NCBI GenBank assembly: GCA_964291315.2
Contig: OZ219753.1
Location: forward strand, 2,400,001-2,464,000
Source of the DNA: Candidatus Poribacteria bacterium
GTDB taxonomy: Bacteria; Poribacteria; WGA-4E; WGA-3G
Length of the DNA stretch: 64,000 nt
Reading direction: 5' to 3'
A model generated the notes under the pieces. That model was given only the letters and a program-made list of their open reading frames with translations. It searched no databases and was not told the origin of the DNA. A program made the translations under genes and the position numbers. How positions within the stretch are numbered: position 1 is the stretch's first letter; each line of letters starts with the position of its first letter. Below are positions 19,634 to 30,272 of the stretch, one piece after another.

Positions 19634-20824
19634 GTGTCAAAACTTGAACTAAAGAATATAGACGTTACCGGAAAACGTGTTCTCGTCCGTGTGGACTTTA
19701 ACGTTCCAATGAAAGATGGAAAAATCACAGACGAAACGCGGATCACTGCTGCTCTGCCAACGCTTTTAGCACTTATCAACGCGGACGCCAAAACTATTTT
19801 GGTGACACATTTGGGTAGACCTGATGTTCGTTCATCTACCGATCGAGAGACGCTCTCGACCAAACCGATTGCTATCGCACTCAGCCAGAAACTTGGCCGG
19901 CGCGTCTCCCACGTCAAGGATTGTATCGGTGAATCTGTCCAAAATACTGTGGACTCGATGCAAAATGGAGAGGTACTGCTTCTTGAGAACGTCCGTTTTT
20001 ACACCGAAGAGACCCAAAATGATCCAAAGTTTTCCCAGGAACTTGCCTCACTTGCGGATGTCTATGTCAACGATGCTTTCGGAACAGCGCATCGCGCCCA
20101 CGCCTCAACGGAAGGTGTGACACACTATCTCAACCCGTGCGCGGCGGGTATCTTAATGGCCCGTGAAATCTATTATCTCAGTACCACCCTCGAAAACCCA
20201 AAACGTCCTTACGTCGCTATCCTCGGCGGTGCCAAAATATCGGATAAAATTACATTGATTGAGAATCTCCTTGGACGAGTTGATAAACTCCTTATCGGCG
20301 GCGGTATGGCATATACATTTCTGTCAGCAATGGGGGTACGCATCGGCAATTCAATTGTCGAAACCGAGAAACTCGTCGTTGCAACCTCGCTCGTTGAAAA
20401 GCAAGGGTTTTCGGAGTCCATCTGTCTACCGATAGACCATGTTGTGGGGAAATCGTTTGATTCCGGAACGGAATCTCAGATCGTTGGCGAACAGAATATT
20501 CCGGATGGATGGCAGGGATTAGATATTGGGCCTGAAACAGTAGCCGCCTTCGGTGAACAAATCGCAGCGGCGAAGACAGTGGTGTGGAACGGTCCGCTAG
20601 GAGTCTATGAATTCGAAAAGTTCGCGCAAGGTACGATAGCGGTGGCACAACAGCTCGCAGAATCCGAGGCGGTCAGTATCATTGGCGGCGGTGACTGTGT
20701 TGCAGCAGTACAACACGCCGGTGCCGCAGATCGGATGACGCATATTTCAACGGGCGGCGGCGCCTCATTAGAATTTTTAGAAGGTAAAGCTCTACCGGGT
20801 ATTGCTGCGTTAACGGATTCCTGA
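19634..20824 (+). CDS. pgk: Phosphoglycerate kinase
   Basis: RVDFNVP, DAFGTAHRAHAS, HISTGGGASLEFLEGK. Confidence 0.98.
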   Translation: MSKLELKNIDVTGKRVLVRVDFNVPMKDGKITDETRITAALPTLLALINADAKTILVTHLGRPDVRSSTDRETLSTKPIAIALSQKLGRRVSHVKDCIGESVQNTVDSMQNGEVLLLENVRFYTEETQNDPKFSQELASLADVYVNDAFGTAHRAHASTEGVTHYLNPCAAGILMAREIYYLSTTLENPKRPYVAILGGAKISDKITLIENLLGRVDKLLIGGGMAYTFLSAMGVRIGNSIVETEKLVVATSLVEKQGFSESICLPIDHVVGKSFDSGTESQIVGEQNIPDGWQGLDIGPETVAAFGEQIAAAKTVVWNGPLGVYEFEKFAQGTIAVAQQLAESEAVSIIGGGDCVAAVQHAGAADRMTHISTGGGASLEFLEGKALPGIAALTDS

Positions 20825-20947
20825 AGTGTTAACCCTGGACGTTGTTGGCATCAATCGGAAATCACCGCCAAACAAAGTGAAGCAATCCCTGATCTCACAA
20901 AAGTTGTCGCGAAAATACGCACAATCTAAAAACGCAAGAATTATATT

Positions 20948-22384
20948 ATGTTTGATAAAATAGTTCCACGTAGTGAAGACTACGCAAAGTGGTATACACA
21001 GGTTATCCGTCAAGCTGAAATGGCAGATTATGCGCCTGTACGGGGTTGTATGGTAGTCCGTCCTTACGGGTACGCACTCTGGGAGAATGTCAAAGAGCAA
21101 TTAGACCGCCGTTTTAAAGAGACAGGGCACCAAAATGCCGCCTTCCCGCTCTTTATTCCGATGAGTTTCATTGAGAAAGAGGCAGAACACGTCGAAGGTT
21201 TTAAACCGGAGCTTGCCGTTGTCACACATGGCGGCGGAAAACAGTTGGAAGAACCGCTTGTGATCCGGCCAACCTCCGAGACTATCATCGGGCACATGTA
21301 TAGTCAATGGATCCAATCTTACCGCGACTTACCTGTGCTTATCAACCAGTGGGCGAACGTCGTCCGGTGGGAGCTGCGTACCCGGCTCTTTCTAAGAACG
21401 ATGGAATTTTTCTGGCAGGAAGGGCATACTGCACACGCAACCCACGAAGAAGCGAAAGAAGAAACGCTCCGTATCCTGGATCTCTACACAGATTTTGCAC
21501 TCAACGAAGCCGCTATACCTGTGATACCCGGGCAAAAAAGCGAAAGCGAAAAGTTCCCGGGGGCCCTGACCTCCTATACGATCGAGGCGATGATGGGCGA
21601 CAAACGCGCACTCCAAGCCGGAACATCACACGATCTCGGACAAAATTTCGCCAAAGCCTTCGATATTCAATACCTCGACGCAAATCAGAAACAACAGTAC
21701 TGTTGGACAACCAGCTGGGGCGTGAGTACCCGAATGATTGGCGCAATCATCATGACACACGGAGATGACCAGGGGCTAGTCCTTCCACCCAGACTTGCCC
21801 CAATACAACTCGTCATCGTCCCAATCATTCCAAAAAACAGAAACGACGATAAACAGTCTGTCATGCAAGCCCTTGACGGTATCTGTAAGACCCTGGGCGA
21901 TATCCGTTACCACGTTGATGACAGGCACGACTATTCACCAGGGTGGCGATTCAACGAATGGGAGCTTAAAGGGGTCCCACTGCGTATAGAGATAGGACCC
22001 CGCGACTTGAAAAACCAGCAAATCGTCCTCGCGCGCCGCGATATACCCGGTAAAGAAGGAAAAACGTTTGTGCCGATCGCCAATGCTCTTAAAACAGTGA
22101 CGCAGATGCTAGATACGATTCAAGCAGATATGCTTAAACGGGCAACAGATTTCCGAGAGGCGAACACCTTCGAACCCGATACTTACGATACTTTCAAAGA
22201 GGTTATCGCAGACGGGTTTGCCCGTGCATACTGGTGTGGTGATGCCGCATGTGAAGATCAAGCAAGAGAGGAAACACAAGCGACAATCCGGTGTCTTCCA
22301 ATAGAGCAACCCGACGGAAATAGAGCCTGTATTGTTTGTAGTCAACCTGCGGAAAATATCGCGGTTTTTGCCCATGCCTATTAA
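20948..22384 (+). CDS. proS: Proline-tRNA ligase, archaeal/eukaryote-like type (no INS editing domain)
   Basis: RPTSET, QWANVVRWE, FFWQEGHT, QAGTSHDLGQNF; C-terminal Zn-binding domain. Confidence 0.97.
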   Translation: MFDKIVPRSEDYAKWYTQVIRQAEMADYAPVRGCMVVRPYGYALWENVKEQLDRRFKETGHQNAAFPLFIPMSFIEKEAEHVEGFKPELAVVTHGGGKQLEEPLVIRPTSETIIGHMYSQWIQSYRDLPVLINQWANVVRWELRTRLFLRTMEFFWQEGHTAHATHEEAKEETLRILDLYTDFALNEAAIPVIPGQKSESEKFPGALTSYTIEAMMGDKRALQAGTSHDLGQNFAKAFDIQYLDANQKQQYCWTTSWGVSTRMIGAIIMTHGDDQGLVLPPRLAPIQLVIVPIIPKNRNDDKQSVMQALDGICKTLGDIRYHVDDRHDYSPGWRFNEWELKGVPLRIEIGPRDLKNQQIVLARRDIPGKEGKTFVPIANALKTVTQMLDTIQADMLKRATDFREANTFEPDTYDTFKEVIADGFARAYWCGDAACEDQAREETQATIRCLPIEQPDGNRACIVCSQPAENIAVFAHAY

Positions 22385-22465
22385 AGTGAAGAGGAACTTG
22401 TAAACGCCTATAGCTTCAATCGTCCGATTGAGGTATACCTATAGAATTAATATATTTACGAAAAT

Positions 22466-23338
22466 ATGAGCATACTGGTTAATAAAGACACAAAAGTGAT
22501 CGTTCAAGGCATCACAGGGCGCTCTGGACGCTTTCACACGGAGCTGTGCAAAGCTTACGGCACCCAAATTGTGGCAGGTTCAGTTCCGGGTAGAGGCGGA
22601 ACCGATGTGAACGGCATACCTGTATATGACACGGTAGCAGAAGGCATCGCAGCAACCGGCGCGGACACATCAATGATTTTTGTTCCAGCACGTTTCAACG
22701 CTGCGGATTCCGTCATGGAAGCTGCCGAGGCAGGCGTCGATCTGATTGTCTGTATATCCGAACATATCCCTGTTCTGGACATGGTCAAAGCAAAGGCGTT
22801 CCTTCAAGGAAAACCGACTCGGTTGATCGGACCAAACTGTCCGGGTATCATCACCCCCGGTGAATGCAAAATCGGGGTGATGCCCGAGTTTGCCTACAGC
22901 CCCGGGCCCGTGGGTATCGTTTCCCGAAGCGGAACGTTAACGTACGAAGCCGCTTATCAACTGAAACGCCTCGGTATCGGTCAGTCCACCTGTGTTGGCA
23001 TCGGCGGTGATCCGGTGATTGGCACAAATTTCGTTGACATCCTCAAACTCTTTGAAGCGGACGATGACACGCAGGCTGTCGTTTTAATCGGTGAAATCGG
23101 GGGAACGGCAGAGGAAAAAGCAGCAGAATTTGTGAAAAACGAAATGACAAAACCGGTCGTCGGTTTTATCGCTGGGCAAACCGCTCCACCGGGGAAACGA
23201 ATGGGACACGCCGGGGCAATCATTTCCGGCGGGCAAGGGACAGCTGTGGAAAAAATTCGAGCTCTCAAAAATGCAGGAATCGTCGTAGCAGATAACCTCG
23301 ACACCATTGGCGAAACCGTAGCAGGAATCTTGGATTAA
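22466..23338 (+). CDS. sucD: Succinyl-CoA ligase alpha subunit
   Basis: [27 protein letters not shown]. Confidence 0.98.
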   Translation: MSILVNKDTKVIVQGITGRSGRFHTELCKAYGTQIVAGSVPGRGGTDVNGIPVYDTVAEGIAATGADTSMIFVPARFNAADSVMEAAEAGVDLIVCISEHIPVLDMVKAKAFLQGKPTRLIGPNCPGIITPGECKIGVMPEFAYSPGPVGIVSRSGTLTYEAAYQLKRLGIGQSTCVGIGGDPVIGTNFVDILKLFEADDDTQAVVLIGEIGGTAEEKAAEFVKNEMTKPVVGFIAGQTAPPGKRMGHAGAIISGGQGTAVEKIRALKNAGIVVADNLDTIGETVAGILD

Positions 23339-23380
23339 CCCTGTTTTGGTCTCCATTTTGCGCGAACGTGAGAGGGAAAA

Positions 23381-24211
23381 GTGAAGAAAGACATCACCTA
23401 CCTGCAGACTAAAAAGCGCGAGCGGCAACCCATCACTGTGTTAACCTGCTACGATTATCCGACTGCTTGCTTGCAAGAGGCAGCCGGCATCGATATCGTC
23501 TTTGTTGGCGACAGCGTTGGCACAAATATTCTCGGCTATAAGAGCGAGGTAGAGGTGACGATGGCGGACATGCGCCACCATCTCAAAGCCGTGCGACGGG
23601 GCGTGACAAATGCGTATCTCCTCGTCGATATGCCTTACGCCGCCGACACGGACGCAAAGCAGGCCCTTGAAAATGCGAATTCCTTCTTAGCCGACGGCGC
23701 GGACGCGGTAAAATTGGAAGGCGGTATAGAGAAACTCCCTATTGTTAACGCCCTCACCGAACACGGCATAGAGGTCTGTGCCCATATCGGACATAACCCG
23801 CAAATTCACGGCACCAAAGCCACAACACACGGCAAAACGTTTGCCAAAGCCAAACACCTCATCGAAACCGCCTCAACCCTTGCAGAGGCAGGCGCCAAGC
23901 TCATCGTCCTCGAAAAAATCACCGAAGAGGTCAGCCAAATCATAACCGATACCCTCAACATTCCCACCATCGGTATCGGCGCAGGACGTTTCTGCAACGG
24001 ACAGGTGCTGGTCATTAACGATATATTAGGAATGGGGGCCCCTTTCAAACACGCCAAACGCTACCAAAATTACAAGCATCTGACCTCTGAAGCGATTCGT
24101 AGGTATGAAGAGGAGGTCACGAATGGCACCTTTCCGACAGAAGCCAACGTTTCGAACATTCCTGCAGATAAACTGGCGCGGGTGCGGAAGTGGTTGAAAT
24201 CAGAGCGTTAG
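23381..24211 (+). CDS. panB: 3-methyl-2-oxobutanoate hydroxymethyltransferase
   Basis: LTCYDY, VGDS, AVKLEGG, TIGIGAG..GQVLV. Confidence 0.95.
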   Translation: MKKDITYLQTKKRERQPITVLTCYDYPTACLQEAAGIDIVFVGDSVGTNILGYKSEVEVTMADMRHHLKAVRRGVTNAYLLVDMPYAADTDAKQALENANSFLADGADAVKLEGGIEKLPIVNALTEHGIEVCAHIGHNPQIHGTKATTHGKTFAKAKHLIETASTLAEAGAKLIVLEKITEEVSQIITDTLNIPTIGIGAGRFCNGQVLVINDILGMGAPFKHAKRYQNYKHLTSEAIRRYEEEVTNGTFPTEANVSNIPADKLARVRKWLKSER

Positions 24212-24278
24212 CACCTTCCGACCTCATAGCGCTCTGACCACCTCTTAGAGCAACCCCGCGCCAGTATACAGCCTCTCT

Positions 24279-27200
24279 CTATTTCCGGATGAGCATCTTC
24301 CGTGTAGCCGTGAAGTTGCGTGCGGTGAACGTATAGAAATAGACCCCGCTCGCAACAGACTCGCCCACCTCATTTTTGCCATCCCAATGCACAGCACGAG
24401 TCCGGGTGTTGTAGCGACCTGCGGGTTGATGCCCGACATCCAAAGTGCGCACCAACGCCCCGTTGGTTGCGTAGATACGCACCGTCACATCCGCAGCTTC
24501 GGAAAGTTGATACGGTATCCACGTCTCCGGATTGAACGGGTTCGGGTAGTTATGCAGAAGCACTGTCTTTTCAGGCAAGACAGGGCGAATGGGGCCATTA
24601 CCGGCGACCCTCGGGGTGCCGGGGGGAATCACCTCATAGTCGGTGCCACGGGCGAACCCGAAAAATCCACTCCACCCTCCAGATCTCTCGTAGACGGCAA
24701 CTAATAAAATGTTGTAGCCCTCTCTCAAGGTAACGGAGAACTGATCTTGGTAACCATTGGATCCTCGGTCCACAGGATTGGTGTGGACGAGTGTTCCGTT
24801 GAGCCAGACTTTCACAGCATCGTCGCTGCCAACAAACATTGTTGTCTTTTGTTCGCTCGGTGATTCCAAGGTGAGCGAGCCGTAGGCGACGTGATCGTCT
24901 ATATTGCCGGATCCCAAGCCGGTGTCGTTCGCCATTCGATTGAGGTCACCGTCGTCTGGGGATAATTCGCCTACTTTCCAGACCTTACCTCCGACCGGGC
25001 TCCCTTCCGTTGCGCCGTTATTGGCGATTTTGAGTTCCGTTACTTGTCCGCCGCTGGCTAACGCAAGGTAATCCTTGCCGGAAAGTGCCGCCGCTGCGCC
25101 CCCACTATTGCCTGTGGGGACGATCATCCAGAGCCATGGTCCTGCCATAGGTCCCCCAAAATCCCCAAAGCAAGGATTGCCTGCTATCCGGATATTAGTT
25201 CTGATAGGGAGTGCCTCTAAAGGCGAACAGTCCTCTATATCGTTGTTCCGCAAATCAAGCCTCTCCAAGTTTATTAAGCCTGCAAGGGACGAAACATCTG
25301 ATATATCGTTGTTCTCAAGGTACAACACCTTTAAACCGGTTAACCCTGCAAGCGGTGAGACATCTGATATATCGTTCGCATCCAGCTTCAATGTCCGCAA
25401 ACTGGTTAGAGAACGCAACGCAGAAATATCTTGTATGTCGTTGTTGATGAGTTCTAACCAGTCAAGCCGCGTCAGTGTCGCCAACGCAGACAGACCCCTG
25501 ACATTCGGGTTGTTTCGCAACTTAAGCCGTTGCAACTTTTTTAATCCCACGAGGGGCGAAACATCTGATATGACGTTGTTCTCAAGGTACAACACCTCTA
25601 AGTTTGTTAGACCTGCGAGCGGTGAGACATCTGATATGGCATTAGCGTCCAGATTCAACGTTTGCAAACTGGTTAGAGAGCGCAACGCCGAAATATCTGT
25701 GATTGCGTTATTAATGAGTTCCAACCATTCAAGTCGAGGGAGTTCCGCCAACGCAGACAGATCCTTGATACTGCAGTTGTTAAGTATGAGTCGCTCCAGT
25801 GCTTTTAAACCCCTTAGGGAGGGAACGGCGGAGATAGAGGCTTCGTTTCCCATTTCTATCCAATTCAGGTTGGGTAATTTGGCTAACGCGGAAAAATCCG
25901 AGATACGTGTGCGCCATGCATCTATCCGCTCTAAGCTGGTTAAACTAGCAAGAGATGACACGTCCGTGACGGGGTTGCCTGAAATACCTATCCCGTTCAA
26001 TTTGACGAGTCCGCTTAGCGGTGACACATCGGAGATGGCATTCTCCTCAAGCCCCATCCAATCTACATTGAGCAGGTCCGAAAGAGGCGATACATCGGTG
26101 ATGGCATTGTCCCGCAATTTAATGTTGTTCAATCTGGACAATTTAGCCAGCGGGGTCAAGTCGGAGATAGCGTTGTGACGGAGCTCTATCCGCTCCAGGT
26201 TTATCGCCTTCTCCAATCCTGTTAGGTCGCGGATGCCTTTACGATCGGCGACCAAACGCGTCAAACGTTTCATAGTTTCCACAGTAATTAACTCGTTTGG
26301 AGCTGGACGGAGGGTTTCCACAATCGCTGCTCGGAGGTTCGGGTCTGGCATGTAGAAGTCGAACCGAGTATCGTCCGGCTCGCACGTATCTGTTTCATGG
26401 CAGTCCACAGGCTTCTCGCCTGAAAACTCCGGAAACAGTTCGGTCCACACATCGCGTTTTACGTTCTTGCCATCTAGGAAAGGCGCTGAACCAAGGCTCT
26501 GTAACCTAGAGTCCTCACGGATCTTGGAGAGGAACACATTCATCTCCAAACCGACCGATGCGGCTGCATATGCCCTATCTACGTCCCCCCGGTACGCCTC
26601 GTAGAAGCGATGCACCGGTTCAATGCCGCCCAAAACGCCACCTGTCTTTTCCAAGGCAGCCTTGTAGCGCGCCGTGTCTTCATCTAAGAGACGATCCATC
26701 GCAGCCTGAGGTACATAAAGACGCAATGCCTGAGCCTTATCAAACGCCGGTTGCCTCGTCTGGTTAACAACTGAACGTACTTCATCTTCAAACCGCTTCA
26801 TCCCTTCCGTGTGGCAGCCGAAGCAGGATAAACCGTTGCGAACAACCGGATCATCCGCTGCTGGGTTGGATACGATCTCCGTCGGGGCAGCATTCAGTCG
26901 ATTGCCTGTCGCATCCGAGATATAGTACGCCTGCAGACCGTTCGGCAGATTGAACACCACTTCCCCACCGTCTTGTTGGAAAGACAACGGATGCGTGAAA
27001 ACGTTCTGTGCTCCCGTGCTACCCGCGAAGTCGTAGCTCTTCCAATACGCACCGTATCGGGACGTGTGGCGCTCCACAACGCGGTTATGATTGGAGACGC
27101 CCGAGTCATTCATACCCGCACGCCAGACACGCACGCCCGGCGCAGTCTGGAGGTTACGCTGAACATCTACGTCCAGCTTGCGTTCTAATTCCCGGTCTGT

Positions 27201-28049
27201 CCCCGGTAGGTCGAGGATGTCGTGATAAAGCGGGGGAAGCACAGCGGTTGCCAGAAACCAGTCGGCGTAGACATAAGGCACCTCGGTGCCCGTCACCTCG
27301 CGGAGTTTCGCGAGTTTCTCGCGTAATTGAGGTTTATCTTCGAATTCCATGCCGTATGGATAGTCCCTCTCAATTTTAGACCATGCGTCTCGTATCTCCC
27401 ATTCGTAGTTACGCACGTCGATATAGAACACCGTTTCAGCAGCATCAACGGGTTGCGGGTTGTGTATATCAAACCCCCACGAGAGGCTATTGACCAATTT
27501 TGCAAGGGCAACTTTGTAGGCGTTGAGTGCTTCGACCGTCTCCCCTGCATTGTAGAGGTGTGTCATCGTGAAATAGCGGGCGTAAGGTCGGTCGAACAGA
27601 TCGAGCGTCTGAAGATGTTGTTGCATCGCCGTAAGCATCTTGTTCGGGTTGATGAAGGTTACATAATGCTCGACCACCCAGGTAGGTGCGCCCGCTAAGA
27701 TCCAATTGCCAATCGTGCGGATGGAGGCATCGTCGAGTTTGGGTTGTCCGAGGGGCATCCGTTTTGCAAGATTTTTCGTAGTCAACCGCGTATAGAGTTT
27801 AGAGATGAGCGGTATTCCCGGCACGACGGCACCGCTTTCGATGAGAGTGGCGGGACCGGCTTCGTCAATGACGAGGTTTTCGGTAAAGGATCCGTGTTTG
27901 CCGTGGCAATTGAGACAGTTCTGTTCGAGGACGAGGAACGCTTTTTGAGCAATGTCTTGTTGCGCGTGTGCCGTCGTCCAGCTTATAGACACAAATGCTA
28001 AAACCGTTAGTATGTAAAAGAGTGGATAGCTCTCTTTCGCTGTTTTCAT
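24279..28049 (-). CDS. Secreted protein: c-type heme domains, internalin-like leucine-rich repeats, beta-sandwich and FlgD-Ig/T9SS-like C-terminal tail
   Basis: Signal peptide ending AHA; CLNCH and CFGCH heme motifs; about 16 repeats of LxxLxLxxNxIxDxxxL; GSDDAVKVWLNG domain; NYPNPFNPETWIPYQL..RKMLIRK tail. Confidence 0.9.
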   Translation of the reverse strand: MKTAKESYPLFYILTVLAFVSISWTTAHAQQDIAQKAFLVLEQNCLNCHGKHGSFTENLVIDEAGPATLIESGAVVPGIPLISKLYTRLTTKNLAKRMPLGQPKLDDASIRTIGNWILAGAPTWVVEHYVTFINPNKMLTAMQQHLQTLDLFDRPYARYFTMTHLYNAGETVEALNAYKVALAKLVNSLSWGFDIHNPQPVDAAETVFYIDVRNYEWEIRDAWSKIERDYPYGMEFEDKPQLREKLAKLREVTGTEVPYVYADWFLATAVLPPLYHDILDLPGTDRELERKLDVDVQRNLQTAPGVRVWRAGMNDSGVSNHNRVVERHTSRYGAYWKSYDFAGSTGAQNVFTHPLSFQQDGGEVVFNLPNGLQAYYISDATGNRLNAAPTEIVSNPAADDPVVRNGLSCFGCHTEGMKRFEDEVRSVVNQTRQPAFDKAQALRLYVPQAAMDRLLDEDTARYKAALEKTGGVLGGIEPVHRFYEAYRGDVDRAYAAASVGLEMNVFLSKIREDSRLQSLGSAPFLDGKNVKRDVWTELFPEFSGEKPVDCHETDTCEPDDTRFDFYMPDPNLRAAIVETLRPAPNELITVETMKRLTRLVADRKGIRDLTGLEKAINLERIELRHNAISDLTPLAKLSRLNNIKLRDNAITDVSPLSDLLNVDWMGLEENAISDVSPLSGLVKLNGIGISGNPVTDVSSLASLTSLERIDAWRTRISDFSALAKLPNLNWIEMGNEASISAVPSLRGLKALERLILNNCSIKDLSALAELPRLEWLELINNAITDISALRSLTSLQTLNLDANAISDVSPLAGLTNLEVLYLENNVISDVSPLVGLKKLQRLKLRNNPNVRGLSALATLTRLDWLELINNDIQDISALRSLTSLRTLKLDANDISDVSPLAGLTGLKVLYLENNDISDVSSLAGLINLERLDLRNNDIEDCSPLEALPIRTNIRIAGNPCFGDFGGPMAGPWLWMIVPTGNSGGAAAALSGKDYLALASGGQVTELKIANNGATEGSPVGGKVWKVGELSPDDGDLNRMANDTGLGSGNIDDHVAYGSLTLESPSEQKTTMFVGSDDAVKVWLNGTLVHTNPVDRGSNGYQDQFSVTLREGYNILLVAVYERSGGWSGFFGFARGTDYEVIPPGTPRVAGNGPIRPVLPEKTVLLHNYPNPFNPETWIPYQLSEAADVTVRIYATNGALVRTLDVGHQPAGRYNTRTRAVHWDGKNEVGESVASGVYFYTFTARNFTATRKMLIRK

Positions 28050-28282
28050 AATGTTTCTCCTTTGGTGGAAAGTTGAGTTAACGTAAATTTGAAAAAAGTT
28101 TAGTGTTTAGGAAACTTAGCCCCTTCTCTGCTGAAGTGGTTAGACCCACTTGCGGAGAGGGGTTCCGCTAAGTTGGCGCACCCGAAGGGTGGACACGAAC
28201 TGCGACCGGTTGTTTGATCCGATATTCGCGACCCTCGGTTTATCAGACGGATCTCCGTATGGCAGAACGTCCGAAACCCGTG

Positions 28283-28864
28283 TCATTCCTTCACCCCAGT
28301 CACAAATGTGATAATCCCCCCCGGATCCCAGTTGCCGGCTTTGTCTGCCCATGAAATTTCTATTGTATAGACCTCACTGGCTTGTAGGGGGAGCCCTTCC
28401 AGAAATCTCAGTAGCGTTATCTCTTTGCCAACTATGAATTTTTCCCAATTCATATCGAAATTTCTGGTATCGTTCCTTAGCTTTACCTTTGCATCATCGA
28501 TGTTTTCGTCAAAAGTAAAGGTAAAACGGTCTGTGTCTAGGTCAACGTCTACATCTCCATGGCTTATGGTGGTCCCGACAAGGAGCGGGGCTTGATTATC
28601 TTCTGGTTCTCTCTTTTCTTCTTCAATAGGCTCCGGCTCTGGCTCCGGCTCCGGCTTTTCCACAACCGGTTCCTCTATAACGGGATTCTCTACGACTGGT
28701 TGTGGCATAGGAGGGTTTGCCCTCTCGTCGTCAACTACGGGTGGAGTGGCTTCTTCCTCAATGATAGGTGGTACGGGGAATAACGAATCATCCTCCGTGT
28801 TGTCCGTAGAGCATCCAACTATGCAACCCATCAATAAGCATACAGCTAGAAACTTATATAACAT
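28283..28864 (-). CDS. Lipoprotein with a Pro/Glu-rich linker and a bacterial Ig-like (Big_5-like) domain
   Basis: MLYKFLAVCLLMGCIVGC lipobox; PEPEPEP linker; FTFDENID..YTIEI..DKAGN. Confidence 0.75.
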   Translation of the reverse strand: MLYKFLAVCLLMGCIVGCSTDNTEDDSLFPVPPIIEEEATPPVVDDERANPPMPQPVVENPVIEEPVVEKPEPEPEPEPIEEEKREPEDNQAPLLVGTTISHGDVDVDLDTDRFTFTFDENIDDAKVKLRNDTRNFDMNWEKFIVGKEITLLRFLEGLPLQASEVYTIEISWADKAGNWDPGGIITFVTGVKE

Positions 28865-28964
28865 ACGCTCACCTGTTAAATTTTCCTTGTATCGTATCTT
28901 ACGCATCAAAAGACACGTTTTTCGTTAAGATTTTCGCCAAAACGCTATCGCAAACACACCGAGG

Positions 28965-30074
28965 TCATTGATTCTTTTTTATATTGAATGTGTAAGTAAT
29001 AGTAACCCGAGTAGCGATTGGCGTTCCATTCCATATAGCGGGATAGAAAGTGGTTTTCTTCAACGCCTCGGCCGCTGCTGCCTCCAATCCAAATCCGAGG
29101 GTTGTACGTTCTACGATGTCTATCGGGATACCCTCTTCATTGATAGTGGCTTCTAAAACGACCTCACCGGTCTTCTCTGCATTTTTTGCGTCCTCTGGAT
29201 ACACCGGATCAACTTTGAATTTGTACTGGGGCCCAGCAACCTCAATATGGGGATCGTAGTCGATGGCGCTCGCTTCGCCGACATGTTCTCGATCCTCCTG
29301 CACAATCCCGCCAGTTTGCACTTCCGCTTGGACTGCTCCATTACGAGTGGAGGCTTGGTGAAAATTCAATCCGAAGCGATACAGCAATTCCGAGTTCTCG
29401 AACGAGAACTCAATGCTCCCGAGTGCGCTCATCGTGGGTGACAACTCTATTTCTAATCCTGCTTCGCCGGTGAAAAAATTCTGCGCGCTGTTCACATGTA
29501 CTTTCTTGGTCGTAGAGACGTTATTCCACGCCTGTGTATAGAATAGCCCAAAGAACGGTTTGAGGTTCCATTCATAGCCTGTATCAAGCAGGTGTAAGAA
29601 GCCCATACCGCCTCGAAGTGCCATATTTATAGAGTGCAGCGGTAAGTTTCCAGTTCTACCAATGTTTGTGTACTGCGTCCTAAAACCGCCTGAGAGGAAA
29701 AATTTCAGCCCCGTCATATTCATGTCGTTGACGTTTAAGAATCGGAGATCTAGAGAAGGACTGGGTGCTATCTGATAGGGATTTTGGGTGTCGGTCTCAA
29801 AAAAGGAGATACCGGGCAGCAGCGACATCTTCAAGTCAGGACTGAAGGTATAATCGAGACTACCTAAAATTGTTTGCGCACTAAAACGAAACGGGGCTTC
29901 GGTGCGTTCCGGAGGCCTATAACGTTGGTATCCCATACCGACCGCCGTTTTCCCAGCTGGCGATCTATAAAAGCCTGTTTGTGCAGATGTGGGTACAGAA
30001 AACACTGCCAGCACGAAAAACATTGCAAACCCCAAAATTCGATGATTGAATCGCATAGAAAATTCTCTTTCCAT
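28965..30074 (-). CDS. Predicted outer-membrane beta-barrel fused to a TonB C-terminal domain
   Basis: Signal peptide; alternating amphipathic strands ending YRFGLNF; then PVYPEDAK..GEVVLEATINEEG..AAAEALKKTTFYPA..ITYTF. Confidence 0.75.
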   Translation of the reverse strand: MEREFSMRFNHRILGFAMFFVLAVFSVPTSAQTGFYRSPAGKTAVGMGYQRYRPPERTEAPFRFSAQTILGSLDYTFSPDLKMSLLPGISFFETDTQNPYQIAPSPSLDLRFLNVNDMNMTGLKFFLSGGFRTQYTNIGRTGNLPLHSINMALRGGMGFLHLLDTGYEWNLKPFFGLFYTQAWNNVSTTKKVHVNSAQNFFTGEAGLEIELSPTMSALGSIEFSFENSELLYRFGLNFHQASTRNGAVQAEVQTGGIVQEDREHVGEASAIDYDPHIEVAGPQYKFKVDPVYPEDAKNAEKTGEVVLEATINEEGIPIDIVERTTLGFGLEAAAAEALKKTTFYPAIWNGTPIATRVTITYTFNIKKNQ

Positions 30075-30272
30075 TTGTTATTGATAAGTTAAACATAGAG
30101 AAAATAAAAATGAAATTAGAGATGACACATCTGTCTTCTCTTATTAAAACCAACTTTATGCTGAGAAACCTCAGCAACGGCGCAATTTGCTGCTGGGGAA
30201 GCAGGCAAACAGGCGCAAAGTGGGTAACTCGGTGGATCGTGGACGTGTTTTCGGATAAACGGAATGAATTAC

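Noticed and set aside
25075-26178. 367-aa plus-strand ORF
   Set aside because: Antisense shadow of the LRR repeats; its periodicity simply mirrors the real gene.
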